Source of the DNA: Wenzhouxiangellaceae bacterium
GTDB lineage: Bacteria; Pseudomonadota; Gammaproteobacteria; Xanthomonadales; Wenzhouxiangellaceae
NCBI GenBank assembly: GCA_040904965.1
Contig: JBBDSL010000004.1
Span: 101 to 64,100 of the forward strand
Length of the DNA stretch: 64,000 bases
Direction: 5' to 3'
Shown here: positions 1 to 7,578 of the stretch, piece by piece
How the letters are laid out: each line of letters opens with the position of its first letter
How positions within the stretch are numbered: position 1 is the stretch's first letter
Notes under the pieces: model-generated
Databases searched by the model: none
What the model was told of the DNA's origin: nothing
The model's input: the letters and a program-made list of their open reading frames with translations, nothing else
Translations under genes and position numbers: made by a program

Positions 1-155
1 CCAAACCACCCGGCCAATCTACCCGCACCGCCAGTCTCTGCCGCCTGTAAGAAGCGCTTTTGCCTACTTTTCAGGCGCTTGTGAAAAGTAGGTCGCCTGC
101 AAGCGCGCAGCGCGAGGCGAAACCGCCATTGATGTTGCATTCGAAAGGCGCCCGC
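1..155. repeat. dispersed ~150-nt intergenic element (second copy at 58783-58935)
   Basis: ccaaaccacc.ggcc.atc.acccgcaccgcca..ctctgccgcctgtaa, then an A/T hairpin (tacttttc..gaaaagta) and ggcgaaaccgc..ttga.gttg.att.gaaa; these align by eye with 58783-58935. Confidence 0.6.
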
Positions 156-169
156 CACCGCCAAGGGCG

Positions 170-1438
170 TCAACTTCCACCGGAGCGGGAACCGGCGATG
201 GCCACGGCAATTGCCTGGAGTCTGGCCTGCTCCAGCGCCTCGCCCAGTTCCCGGCCTTCCAGCCCCTGTTGTTTCAGCGGCCCGGCCGAGACCGCTGCCG
301 CCGCGCCCAGGGCGGTGCGCAGCAGGTCCGCGGCCGGGTAGGGCCGGTCGGCGCGGCCCTTTCGTCCGCGCTTGTCGGCTTCGCAGGCCATCAGAAATCG
401 CTCGAAGCGCTCGGGCCGGCGAAATGCATCGGCACGCTTGAACACCCGCATGACGGTGCCGGGTTTCAATTCGCCGGCCCGGTGACAGACCAGGTGGAAT
501 TCGCATACCAGCAGCGCCAGGGCGCGGGTTTCGTTGGGCACGCGCAGGCGACGGCAGACCTCGGCCACCGGGGCCAGGCCGCGTTGTTCGTGGCCGTGGT
601 GCTTCGGCAACTGCTCGGCCGGGGTCAGCGCCTTGCCCAGATCATGCACCAGGCAGGCGAAGCGGACGTCCAGCGGCGCCTGCATGCGGGCGGCTGCCTC
701 AAGCACCAGCATCACGTGCTCGCCGGTATCGACTTCCGGGTGGAATTCCGGCACCTGCGGAATGCCCCAAAGTGCGTCGAGTTCGGGCAACACGCGTGCC
801 AGCGCGCCGGTCTCGCGCAGGACGAGAAAGAAACGCGATGGCCGGTCGTGCATCAACGCGCGCGACATTTCCTGCCAGACCCGCTCGGGCACCAGGTGGT
901 CGACTTCGCCGGATTCGACAAGTTGCCGGCACAGCGCCAGGGTATCGGGTGCAATCGAGAATTCGTCAAAGCGGGTCGCGAAGCGCGCCAGCCGGATCAG
1001 CCGCACCGGGTCCTCGACGAAGGCGTCCGATACGTGGCGCAGGATTTGACGATCGAGATCGGCGCGCCCGCCGAACGGGTCGATCAGGTTGCCGTCGCGG
1101 TCTTCGGCAATCGCATTTACGGTCAGATCGCGACGCTCAAGGTCGTCTACCAGCGATACTTCGGGGCCGGTATGGAACACGAAGCCGCGGTAGCCGGGCC
1201 CGGACTTGCGTTCGGTTCGCGCCAGCGCGAATTCGGCCTGGGTGTCGGGATGCAGAAATACCGGGAAATCGCGCCCGACCGGGCGGAAGCCGCGTTCCTG
1301 CATCTGTTCGGGTGTGGTGCCGACGACCACGAAATCATGCTCGGTCGGTTCAAGGCCCAGCAGTTCGTCGCGAACCGCGCCACCCACCCGGTAGACCTCC
1401 AGGCCTTCGAGCCGGGAATCGCTGGTCCAGTCCGGCAT
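170..1438 (-). CDS. cca: multifunctional CCA-adding tRNA nucleotidyltransferase
   Basis: 422-aa ORF with the GGAVRDELLG nucleotidyltransferase motif and the HD motif LVHDLGK. Its start overlaps the upstream stop (TGATG). Confidence 0.9.
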   Translation of the reverse strand: MPDWTSDSRLEGLEVYRVGGAVRDELLGLEPTEHDFVVVGTTPEQMQERGFRPVGRDFPVFLHPDTQAEFALARTERKSGPGYRGFVFHTGPEVSLVDDLERRDLTVNAIAEDRDGNLIDPFGGRADLDRQILRHVSDAFVEDPVRLIRLARFATRFDEFSIAPDTLALCRQLVESGEVDHLVPERVWQEMSRALMHDRPSRFFLVLRETGALARVLPELDALWGIPQVPEFHPEVDTGEHVMLVLEAAARMQAPLDVRFACLVHDLGKALTPAEQLPKHHGHEQRGLAPVAEVCRRLRVPNETRALALLVCEFHLVCHRAGELKPGTVMRVFKRADAFRRPERFERFLMACEADKRGRKGRADRPYPAADLLRTALGAAAAVSAGPLKQQGLEGRELGEALEQARLQAIAVAIAGSRSGGS

Positions 1439-2388
1439 CAGCCTTCACGCCGGCCCGAGCGCTCGCGGAAGTGCTGGTAGCGGACTTGGCGACCCGGACC
1501 TTGCGGGCCGAGAAATTCAACAGCCTTTTCGCGCATGCCCCAGGGTTGTATGCCAAGTCGCCTGAAGCCATCCTCGGCGCACACGCTGTCGAGCAGCAAC
1601 GACTTGAAATTATCCGAGGAGAAGGGTTTTCCCGGCACGAAGTCGAACACCCGGCCCTGCAGCCGGCCCAGCGCATCGGGGAGTCCGATGACCCAGCGGC
1701 GCATGCCGCGCTGGTGCGCGATCCAGTCGACGATCTCGCGCAGGGTCAGGGTTTCGGCGCCGCACAGCTCGTAGATTTCGCCGATGGACTCACGACTGTC
1801 CAGCGCGCGGATAAAAGCCTCGACCACGTCGCCGACGTAGACCGGCGCAAACATCGCCTGCGGGCGGGCCAGCGGCAGCACCGGCGAAATCTTCAGCAGA
1901 CCGGCGAACCGGTTGAGGAAACTGTCGTCGGGGCCGAAAATGGTCGAGGGTCGGAAAATCGTCCAGTGCAGATCCGATTCACGCACCCGTTGCTCGCCCT
2001 GGCCGCGGGTTTTCAGGTAATGGCTCTCGCCCTGGCCGGCGTTGAGCGCGCTCATCTGGATCATGCGGCCAACGCCGGCGCCGGCGCAGGCCTGTATCGC
2101 GGTCTCCACCAGTTCCACGTGCGCCTTGCGGAATCCGGAGCCGTCACGGCCCGATTCGTTGAGAATGCCGACCAGATTGATCAGCACGTCGTGGCCGTCC
2201 AGTTCATCGCCCAGGCGATTGATGTCATAGGGGTCGAAGTGCCGAATGCTCACGCGCGGAACAATGCCCAGGTGCTTTGCGCCATTAGGGTAGCGGGTCG
2301 CCACGCTGATCGAATGGCCGTCCCGGCTCAACCGCCGAACCAGATGACGGCCTACAAACCCCGAACCTCCAAGAATCATAATCTTCAT
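1438..2388 (-). CDS. NAD(P)-dependent epimerase/dehydratase family protein (NDUFA9-like)
   Basis: Start trimmed to MKIMILGGSGFVGRHL (Rossmann GxxGxxG) at 2388. The remainder of the 359-aa track ORF is an Arg-rich N-terminal extension. Confidence 0.8.
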   Translation of the reverse strand: MKIMILGGSGFVGRHLVRRLSRDGHSISVATRYPNGAKHLGIVPRVSIRHFDPYDINRLGDELDGHDVLINLVGILNESGRDGSGFRKAHVELVETAIQACAGAGVGRMIQMSALNAGQGESHYLKTRGQGEQRVRESDLHWTIFRPSTIFGPDDSFLNRFAGLLKISPVLPLARPQAMFAPVYVGDVVEAFIRALDSRESIGEIYELCGAETLTLREIVDWIAHQRGMRRWVIGLPDALGRLQGRVFDFVPGKPFSSDNFKSLLLDSVCAEDGFRRLGIQPWGMREKAVEFLGPQGPGRQVRYQHFRERSGRREG

Positions 2389-2477
2389 TGCGGCATCTCC
2401 CTCGTGCGGTCTGCGAGCGTTCGGTCTGCGTGTCCCCCTATTGTGCCCAATCCGCCGCGGATGCGGGCCCCGACAGC

Positions 2478-2572
2478 GCCCTGGCAGTGCTCTACAGCGC
2501 CGACCTCGAGAGCACACTCGAGACGGTTCAGCGACGCGGCGCGCAAATCGTCAAGCCGATTTTCTCCGACGT
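2478..2572 (+). pseudogene. C-terminal remnant of a VOC/glyoxalase-family gene
   Basis: The translation ALAVLYSADLESTLETVQRRGAQIVKPIFS resembles the last beta-alpha-beta unit of VOC proteins. There is no room for a full gene, and the fragment runs into the repeat block. Confidence 0.3.
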
Positions 2573-2727
2573 CATTTCCGCCTCTCCCCCGTCATTCCCG
2601 CTCCTCCATCCGTCATTCCCGCTCCCCCACCCGTCATTCCCGCGAAGGCGGGAATCTCGAGAATTCCCCACCGATGCTCGAAACAGGCGCATGAACAATC
2701 GCCGACTTGCAAGAAGAGGCGTTCCGG
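2570..2727. repeat. three tandem 20-21-nt units (cgtcattcccgc+pyrimidine run) followed by copy A of a ~96-nt hairpin element
   Basis: Units start at 2570, 2590 and 2611. Copy A (2632-2727) begins cgtcATTCCCgcgaaggcGGGAATctcgagaat, which has the form ATTCCC-N8-GGGAAT. Confidence 0.8.
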
Positions 2728-2781
2728 GACCGGACCCCAACATTGCATAAATTTTCGGGCCGGAATCGCTACGCTGCCCAG

Positions 2782-2913
2782 CACTCCCGCTTCCCCCATC
2801 ACTCCCGCCTCTCCCCCCGTCATTCCCGCGAAGGCGGGAATCTCGAGAATCCCCCACCGATGCTCGAAACAGGCGCATGACCAACCGCCGACTTGCAAGA
2901 AGAGGCATTCCGG
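2782..2913. repeat. copy B of the ~96-nt hairpin element with its pyrimidine-rich leader
   Basis: 2818-2913 is near-identical to 2632-2727 (cgtcattcccgcgaaggcgggaatctcgagaat.ccccaccgatgctcgaaacaggcgcatga.caa.cgccgacttgcaagaagaggc.ttccgg). Confidence 0.85.
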
Positions 2914-2981
2914 CACTAGAATCAATCGAAGGGCAGCATTCCAAAAGGGGGTGTCACCAAATGCGCAACCAACGCCAGCCG

Positions 2982-3176
2982 TCAAACCAGGCCGTCCAGC
3001 GGACTTCTCGCACCAAGCGCGCCGCGTCGAACGACATGCGTGTAAATCATGGTCGTGCGCACATCGGAATGCCCCGCCTCATTCTGGATCGAAGGCGCAC
3101 AATGCCGCTCGGCAGCCAGATAGCTCAAGAATGTCGTCACCGGAAAAAATCTGACCTGGCATCGAAAATCAAAGGA
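2982..3176 (-). pseudogene. intI: integron integrase remnant (internal deletion; no start codon)
   Basis: The minus-strand frame reads [63 protein letters not shown]. The tail matches the IntI C-terminus (IntI1: [31 protein letters not shown]). The [9 protein letters not shown]..S.QNEA part looks like the N-terminal core-binding region fused directly to it. Confidence 0.8.
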
Positions 3177-3264
3177 TTAGGCGGTAAAGAAATGTCGACA
3201 GGCGTGATAAAAGAGCAGATCGGTCGTTTATTCGAGAAAAACTCTTTTCGCCACATATTTTTTA

Positions 3265-3271
3265 GTTAGGC
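3265..3271 (+). other. attI-like crossover core GTTAGGC
   Basis: A GTTRRRY core lies 8 nt upstream of the first cassette ORF, between the intI remnant and cassette 1. Confidence 0.5.
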
Positions 3272-3278
3272 AAAAATC

Positions 3279-3818
3279 GTGATGAGTGCCTTTATACAGA
3301 TAGTCGAAATTCTTGTATGGCCCGCTACCGTCATAATTGTAGTGATACTGCTTCGTTCTCCGTTGTCGGAGTTGGTCCCTACATTGAATAAGCTTAAATA
3401 TAAAGATCTTGAGCTAGAGTTTGAAAAGGAAGCAAGGGGCATTCTAGCTGATGCCGAGCGGGATCTGCCGGATCCGCCGAAGCCTGAGCCGTCAGAGGTT
3501 GAGGATCACGGAATAAGGTTTAGCCTTGCTCGCCTAGAGCCTTCGACTGAGATACTGGAGTCGTGGCGTCACTTGGAGTTAAAGCTACGCGAGCTGTCTG
3601 GTGGGAATGAGAGAAAGCGCAGCACGGGATATTTGGTTCGCGAACTTGCCAATGAGGGCAGAATATCTAAGGAGACAGAGAGCGTAGTGCTTTCGCTGTC
3701 ATCCCTTAGGAATAAAGTGGCACATACTGATGAAGAGGTAATATCTCGCGCAGCTTCATCATCGTTCAAAGATTCTGTTGCTCGTGTTATTTCAGCTCTG
3801 GAGTCCGAGAGTGCCTAA
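3279..3818 (+). CDS. cassette 1: N-terminal TM helix plus HEPN/DUF4145-like C-terminal domain
   Basis: 179 aa. It has a hydrophobic N-terminus (IVEILVWPATVIIVVILL) and a C-terminal LSSLRNKVAHTD, which fits the HEPN Rx4-6H motif. The TAA stop lies inside the attC core gcctaac. Confidence 0.6.
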   Translation: MMSAFIQIVEILVWPATVIIVVILLRSPLSELVPTLNKLKYKDLELEFEKEARGILADAERDLPDPPKPEPSEVEDHGIRFSLARLEPSTEILESWRHLELKLRELSGGNERKRSTGYLVRELANEGRISKETESVVLSLSSLRNKVAHTDEEVISRAASSSFKDSVARVISALESESA

Positions 3819-3890
3819 CAAAGCCATGAAATCCGCTCCCTACGGTCGCCGGACCTCGTTTCACTCGGCCGTTTATGGCAGGCGTTGGGC
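3813..3890 (+). other. attC site 1
   Basis: gcctaac-aaagccat...atggcaggc-gttgggc. The two ends are inverted complements with RYYYAAC and GTTRRRY cores. Confidence 0.75.
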
Positions 3891-3928
3891 GATTCATAAG
3901 AGCCGGTTAGAGTCAGAGGCGACCTATT

Positions 3929-4840
3929 GTGGACAATGGTAGGTATTCAGACCAACACACGCTTCAGTTTACTGAACATCGATGGTGGGAAAAGGTATTC
4001 GATTACCTTCGTTTCTTGATCCGTCAAGCCCCACTTTTTTTGGCTGTCGCAGCCTCGTTCTGGGCAGCTAGTGAAATCGCGATGGAAGCAACTGGGAACC
4101 GTATTCCCCTTTCGTATCTTGCAACATTTGTTTTGCTAGCTGCCGCTGCTATATCCGCTAGCCAGGCCTTTTTTCAATATAGGTCTTACACTCCGGAGAC
4201 GTTGATCGGCGAAAGCCGGCGCGTAAAAGCCATATTCCGAGAACGGAAGTGCGGCTGGCAGTGTTCTTTAGCCCGTGCGATGCTAAAAGACCGCATTGAA
4301 AAGACAGAGGAACGTCTTGAACGTATGAACCGGGGAGTTGCTTTTGTACCCCCGAAACATCTCAGTTTGTCCGAATATACAAAATGGATGCATCAAAGAA
4401 ACGAAGCAATCGTCCGGATCCTACGAGCCGTTGCGAGTTCCTGCACAAGTACACTCCCGGAAGCTTTAGCTAGAACGATTGATGAACAAAGCATTGGGGT
4501 TTTAAAGTTCGAAGTAGAAGAGCTCTCGAGTCTATATGATCATGCTGAGCGAATCGAACGTGAGTGCATAGAAATAGTCCCATCTGAAGGGATGGAGGAA
4601 CTTCATGCGTTGACTCGTGGGTGGACCAAGCCAATCAGAGATGGCGTCCTTGAATTGACAAAAATTCTGAAGCAGCTGAGCGAAATCAAAAGGAAAGACA
4701 TAAAGACTGGCGGAGTAGAATTACCAGAATTTAATATTCAGTTCGAGTCCCCAAAATGCATCTCGGAATTTACTGAGAGGCTACAAAGTTTAGATGCATC
4801 CGAAATCGCCCAACAAAATGCTCAAGCGGACGCGGGTTAA
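3929..4840 (+). CDS. cassette 2: hypothetical protein with two N-terminal TM helices and a helical C-terminal region
   Basis: 303 aa with a GTG start. The TM segments are APLFLAVAASFWAASEIAM and LSYLATFVLLAAAAISASQAFF. I recognised no family. Confidence 0.55.
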   Translation: MDNGRYSDQHTLQFTEHRWWEKVFDYLRFLIRQAPLFLAVAASFWAASEIAMEATGNRIPLSYLATFVLLAAAAISASQAFFQYRSYTPETLIGESRRVKAIFRERKCGWQCSLARAMLKDRIEKTEERLERMNRGVAFVPPKHLSLSEYTKWMHQRNEAIVRILRAVASSCTSTLPEALARTIDEQSIGVLKFEVEELSSLYDHAERIERECIEIVPSEGMEELHALTRGWTKPIRDGVLELTKILKQLSEIKRKDIKTGGVELPEFNIQFESPKCISEFTERLQSLDASEIAQQNAQADAG

Positions 4841-4901
4841 CTCTTGGGCCGGCGAGGCCGGGCACGCTTCGTGGCCACGCCGCTTAGCATAAACGTTATG
4901 C
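4835..4901 (+). other. attC site 2 (degenerate cores)
   Basis: ggttaac...cataaac-gttatgc. Inner arms gggccggcgaggcc and ggccacgccgc pair. The stop TAA is inside the first core. Confidence 0.55.
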
Positions 4902-4987
4902 GCCAATTTCAACGCACCGATCTGTTTTTGGAGGGTGATTTCGTCCACTGAATCGTTCTTAGGAAAACCCACAAATGGAGAACGAGT

Positions 4988-5269
4988 ATGGAGATTAAGA
5001 AGGACAACAAGGGGCAGCCCTTCATCGAATGGGAGCAGGCGCCCGGAGGCTACAAACGAGCTTGGATACAACACAAGGATCCCTCATCAGACAAGAATTG
5101 GGCGGATGTTCCAAGCGGGCGCTATTTAAACGTGGTTCGTATTGAGGAGCTAGGCGGCGGACCGGCGGGGAACGCTACCGACTTTCCGATATTCTCTGCA
5201 CTTGATGATGATCAGATTCTAACCGCATTTGTCGTATCCGTTTCAGCAATAACAGGTTGCAAGTTATGA
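4988..5269 (+). CDS. cassette 3: small hypothetical protein
   Basis: 93-aa ORF in a cassette bounded by attC2 and attC3. No family recognised. Confidence 0.45.
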   Translation: MEIKKDNKGQPFIEWEQAPGGYKRAWIQHKDPSSDKNWADVPSGRYLNVVRIEELGGGPAGNATDFPIFSALDDDQILTAFVVSVSAITGCKL

Positions 5270-5279
5270 AGAGGGGTGC

Positions 5280-5378
5280 GCTTAACATGAAGTTGAAGCT
5301 GCCCAAGGAACCTGTCACGCGGCTTGCTTACGCAACCCGCGAGCCAGAACCGCTTGGCAGCTTAACTTTGTGTTAAGG
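5280..5378 (+). other. attC site 3
   Basis: gcttaacatgaagttgaagctgcccaagg ... ccgcttggcagcttaactttgtgttaagg. The long arms are inverted complements. Confidence 0.75.
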
Positions 5379-5388
5379 CTACAAGTGT

Positions 5389-6066
5389 ATGGAAGATACA
5401 TTGTATAAAAAGTTGAGATACACAAAGCGCTGGTTCTCCTATTTCGATCTTCTAGGATTCGCGCAGCTTGTTAGAACTAGCGAAATAAACAGTGTTCTCC
5501 CTATTTATGAAAAGGTCCTAGAGACGATTGAGGAAAAGGCTGGGCAAAAAAAACCAAGAGGTCTTAGCTATTCGTGGTTCTCTGACACATTTATTATTTT
5601 CACCAGAGGAAGCTCCCTCGAAGAGTTCGGGCTAATAGAGCAAGCGGCACGACTCTTCTTTCAGAGGCTAATTTTGCACAAAATTCCAGTCCGAGGGGCA
5701 ATATCTTACGGCGACCTATATACCCAGCAAGAGAAAAATATCTTTCTTGGTGAGGCTTTGATGGATGCTTACGAATACGGAGAAGAGCAAAATTGGTTAA
5801 ATTTTGTAATTTCTCCCTCGGCAGCAAAGGCATTAGATACATTGGGCTTTCCAATGAGCGAGAGGGTTCACTATCGAATGGTAGAAAAGAAGGGGGTAAT
5901 TACTCATCCGGGCAACAAAGAGGTTTATGCATATGCTTTCAATAATGGTACGGTAAACGGAATTAACCCTCTGCTTAAATCACTTCACGCCATGAAAGAA
6001 TCATCGCCTAAGATCCAGAAAATAAAGTATGAAAATACAATTGAATTTATTGAGCGGCATGCGTAG
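5389..6066 (+). CDS. cassette 4: minimal nucleotidyl-cyclase-like (class III cyclase/GGDEF/mCpol-type palm) protein
   Basis: 225 aa. The three palm-fold motifs appear in order: YFDLLGFAQL (metal Asp), YSWFSDTFIIFT (second acidic hairpin) and IPVRGAISYGDLY (RxGxxxG strand). Confidence 0.5.
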   Translation: MEDTLYKKLRYTKRWFSYFDLLGFAQLVRTSEINSVLPIYEKVLETIEEKAGQKKPRGLSYSWFSDTFIIFTRGSSLEEFGLIEQAARLFFQRLILHKIPVRGAISYGDLYTQQEKNIFLGEALMDAYEYGEEQNWLNFVISPSAAKALDTLGFPMSERVHYRMVEKKGVITHPGNKEVYAYAFNNGTVNGINPLLKSLHAMKESSPKIQKIKYENTIEFIERHA

Positions 6067-6071
6067 GAAAG

Positions 6072-6131
6072 CCTTGACAAGTCAAAGCACACGGCCGCAG
6101 CAAAGCTGCGCCGGTGTTTGAGGCGTTAGGT
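6072..6131 (+). other. attC site 4 (short)
   Basis: ccttgac-aagtcaaagcacac ... gtgtttgaggc-gttaggt. 60 nt; the second core is consensus. Confidence 0.6.
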
Positions 6132-6138
6132 AACTGCA

Positions 6139-6609
6139 ATGGGTCGAGAATACTGCATTTGCCCGCCAAAGCTCACTACTCTTGAATCTGGTGACACTCC
6201 GACAATTGTCACAAAAGCCTCTCCCTGGACACACCGCAAAGCAGTCGAAAAACTGGCTAGATACTTTCGTCGAGAGTTCAAATATGATTTCGTGCCATTT
6301 CGTGCTGAATACGGGCAATCAGCCGATGATCCACACTATGAAGCCTATCTATTCCACGAGACTCGGTACAATCTTTTATACGAAGACCGCGATACAGAAG
6401 TTGTTTGCGGCGGGGCAGCCTGCTTTTTCCGCACTGTGGAAACCTGGTCTTTAAACTGGGTATGGTTCCATCCATACTTTCGTGGCCGAGGGTTGTTGTG
6501 GAAGTCCTGGGGGAGTTTTCGGTCCAGATATGGAGACTTTCAGATTGAAGAACCCCTGTCGCCGGCAATGAAAAGCTTTCTTAGCAAAATTGAAGGGCCA
6601 ATTAGCTAA
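6139..6609 (+). CDS. cassette 5: GNAT-like acetyltransferase
   Basis: 156 aa. WVWFHPYFRGRGLLWKSW resembles the GNAT motif A (R/Q-x-x-G-x-G/A). Confidence 0.5.
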   Translation: MGREYCICPPKLTTLESGDTPTIVTKASPWTHRKAVEKLARYFRREFKYDFVPFRAEYGQSADDPHYEAYLFHETRYNLLYEDRDTEVVCGGAACFFRTVETWSLNWVWFHPYFRGRGLLWKSWGSFRSRYGDFQIEEPLSPAMKSFLSKIEGPIS

Positions 6610-6666
6610 CGAGTTAGGATAGGTCGTGCGAGCGCAGCGAGCCACGACCTGATCCGGTTGTTGAAC
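6604..6666 (+). other. attC site 5 (homologous to the site at 16536-16594)
   Basis: agctaac...ggtcgtg-cgagcgcagcgagc-cacgacc...gttgaac. The stop TAA is inside the first core. Confidence 0.5.
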
Positions 6667-6878
6667 AAGCCCGGTCGTGATGCTGAGGGGTTCTTTATTT
6701 GCAAACAATTCCGTTTGCTTTTTGGCGGGTAACCGCGTAGCGCGACACGATGTCTTTTTTTAGGGCAAGCGCGGCTGTTGGCTTGTTTCCAAGCCAGTGC
6801 AATCAGGCGGTTTTGTCCATGGATACTTACCTGTCCTCCATGTCAAGCGGGCCGAGGTCTACGCCGTGCCGCTGTGTT

Positions 6879-7067
6879 CTATCCGGGTTGCCAGTGACCG
6901 CGGATGATTGATGCGACTCGCATGGGTTCGCCACAGCCGGGACAGGCGGGCGTGGACCGTTTCGGTCCGACCGGGAACGCAAGTGTGACATGCAGGATCA
7001 ACTGCACCAGCCCAAGCAGCTTTTTGGCGTTGCCATGCAGGAAGCCATAGCCCCGCACCCGCCGGAA
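6879..7067 (-). pseudogene. IS91-family (Y2 rolling-circle) transposase C-terminal fragment
   Basis: FRRVRGYGFLHGNAKKLLG....CPGCGEPMRVASIIRG matches the conserved tail of IS91 transposases (R.YG.LAN.. then the CxxCG zinc motif). Confidence 0.55.
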
Positions 7068-7274
7068 GCTTTGGCCACCTGATTTACTGCCGCGTCGTAG
7101 CGAGGGGCAGTCAGGTGCCGTGGATGGGGTGTTTCGCGACCGAGTGGACCGGAGGCGTAGCCGTAGCTTCGGTGAGGATCCGCGACCGAGCGAAAGGGCG
7201 CAGACGCGGTGACTGGCGGGGCCGTAGCAGACGTGGCGGTGAATTGGGTGGCCCAGGCAATACATGTTGAAGGA

Positions 7275-7379
7275 TCAGACACAGGAAGCCGAGGCCCGAC
7301 CGCGCGTGCCCTGCAGTTTCAGGACCCGAAGGTGTTTACCGTACAGCTCGTCGAAGCGTTTTTGCTCGGATTTGTTCAT
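7275..7379 (-). pseudogene. N-terminal fragment of an IS91-associated tyrosine recombinase
   Basis: MNKSEQKRFDELYGKHLRVLKLQG then a stop. A second, similar fragment (FDELYRKHVRAL) lies at about 16117-16190. The two share the junction aatacatgttgaag. Confidence 0.4.
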
Positions 7380-7578
7380 GGTAGACTTCTTGAAAACGCG
7401 CCCCGATTGGGCGCTCATCAAGGGTTACACAGGATGAATGGGGTTTTCTGCCGCGCAGCGGCTTCGTTCAACAAATCGTCGAGTCACTCAATTACAAACT
7501 GAAAACCGGAAGACGGCGGATGATTGCCAAAACACTGGGTCCCGGCAAGTGATCGCGTATTTCGAGCATGACCAATAC

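Noticed and set aside
772-2694. 640-aa plus-strand ORF overlapping cca and the epimerase gene.
   Set aside because: It is antisense to two genes with clear family motifs and has Arg/Ala/Pro-rich low-complexity composition, the usual artefact of high-GC DNA.
2441-3154. ORFs of 120-237 aa across the 2.4-3.1 kb repeat block (peptides with VIPAKAGI, RLRGNDG, FAGMTG).
   Set aside because: They are translations of the ATTCCC-N8-GGGAAT repeat units in several frames, not genes.
5389-6066. Calling cassette 4 a complete Pycsar or CBASS system.
   Set aside because: No effector with a cyclic-nucleotide-binding, TIR, SAVED or CARF domain shares the cassette. Only the cyclase-like fold is supported, so it is reported as an orphan candidate.
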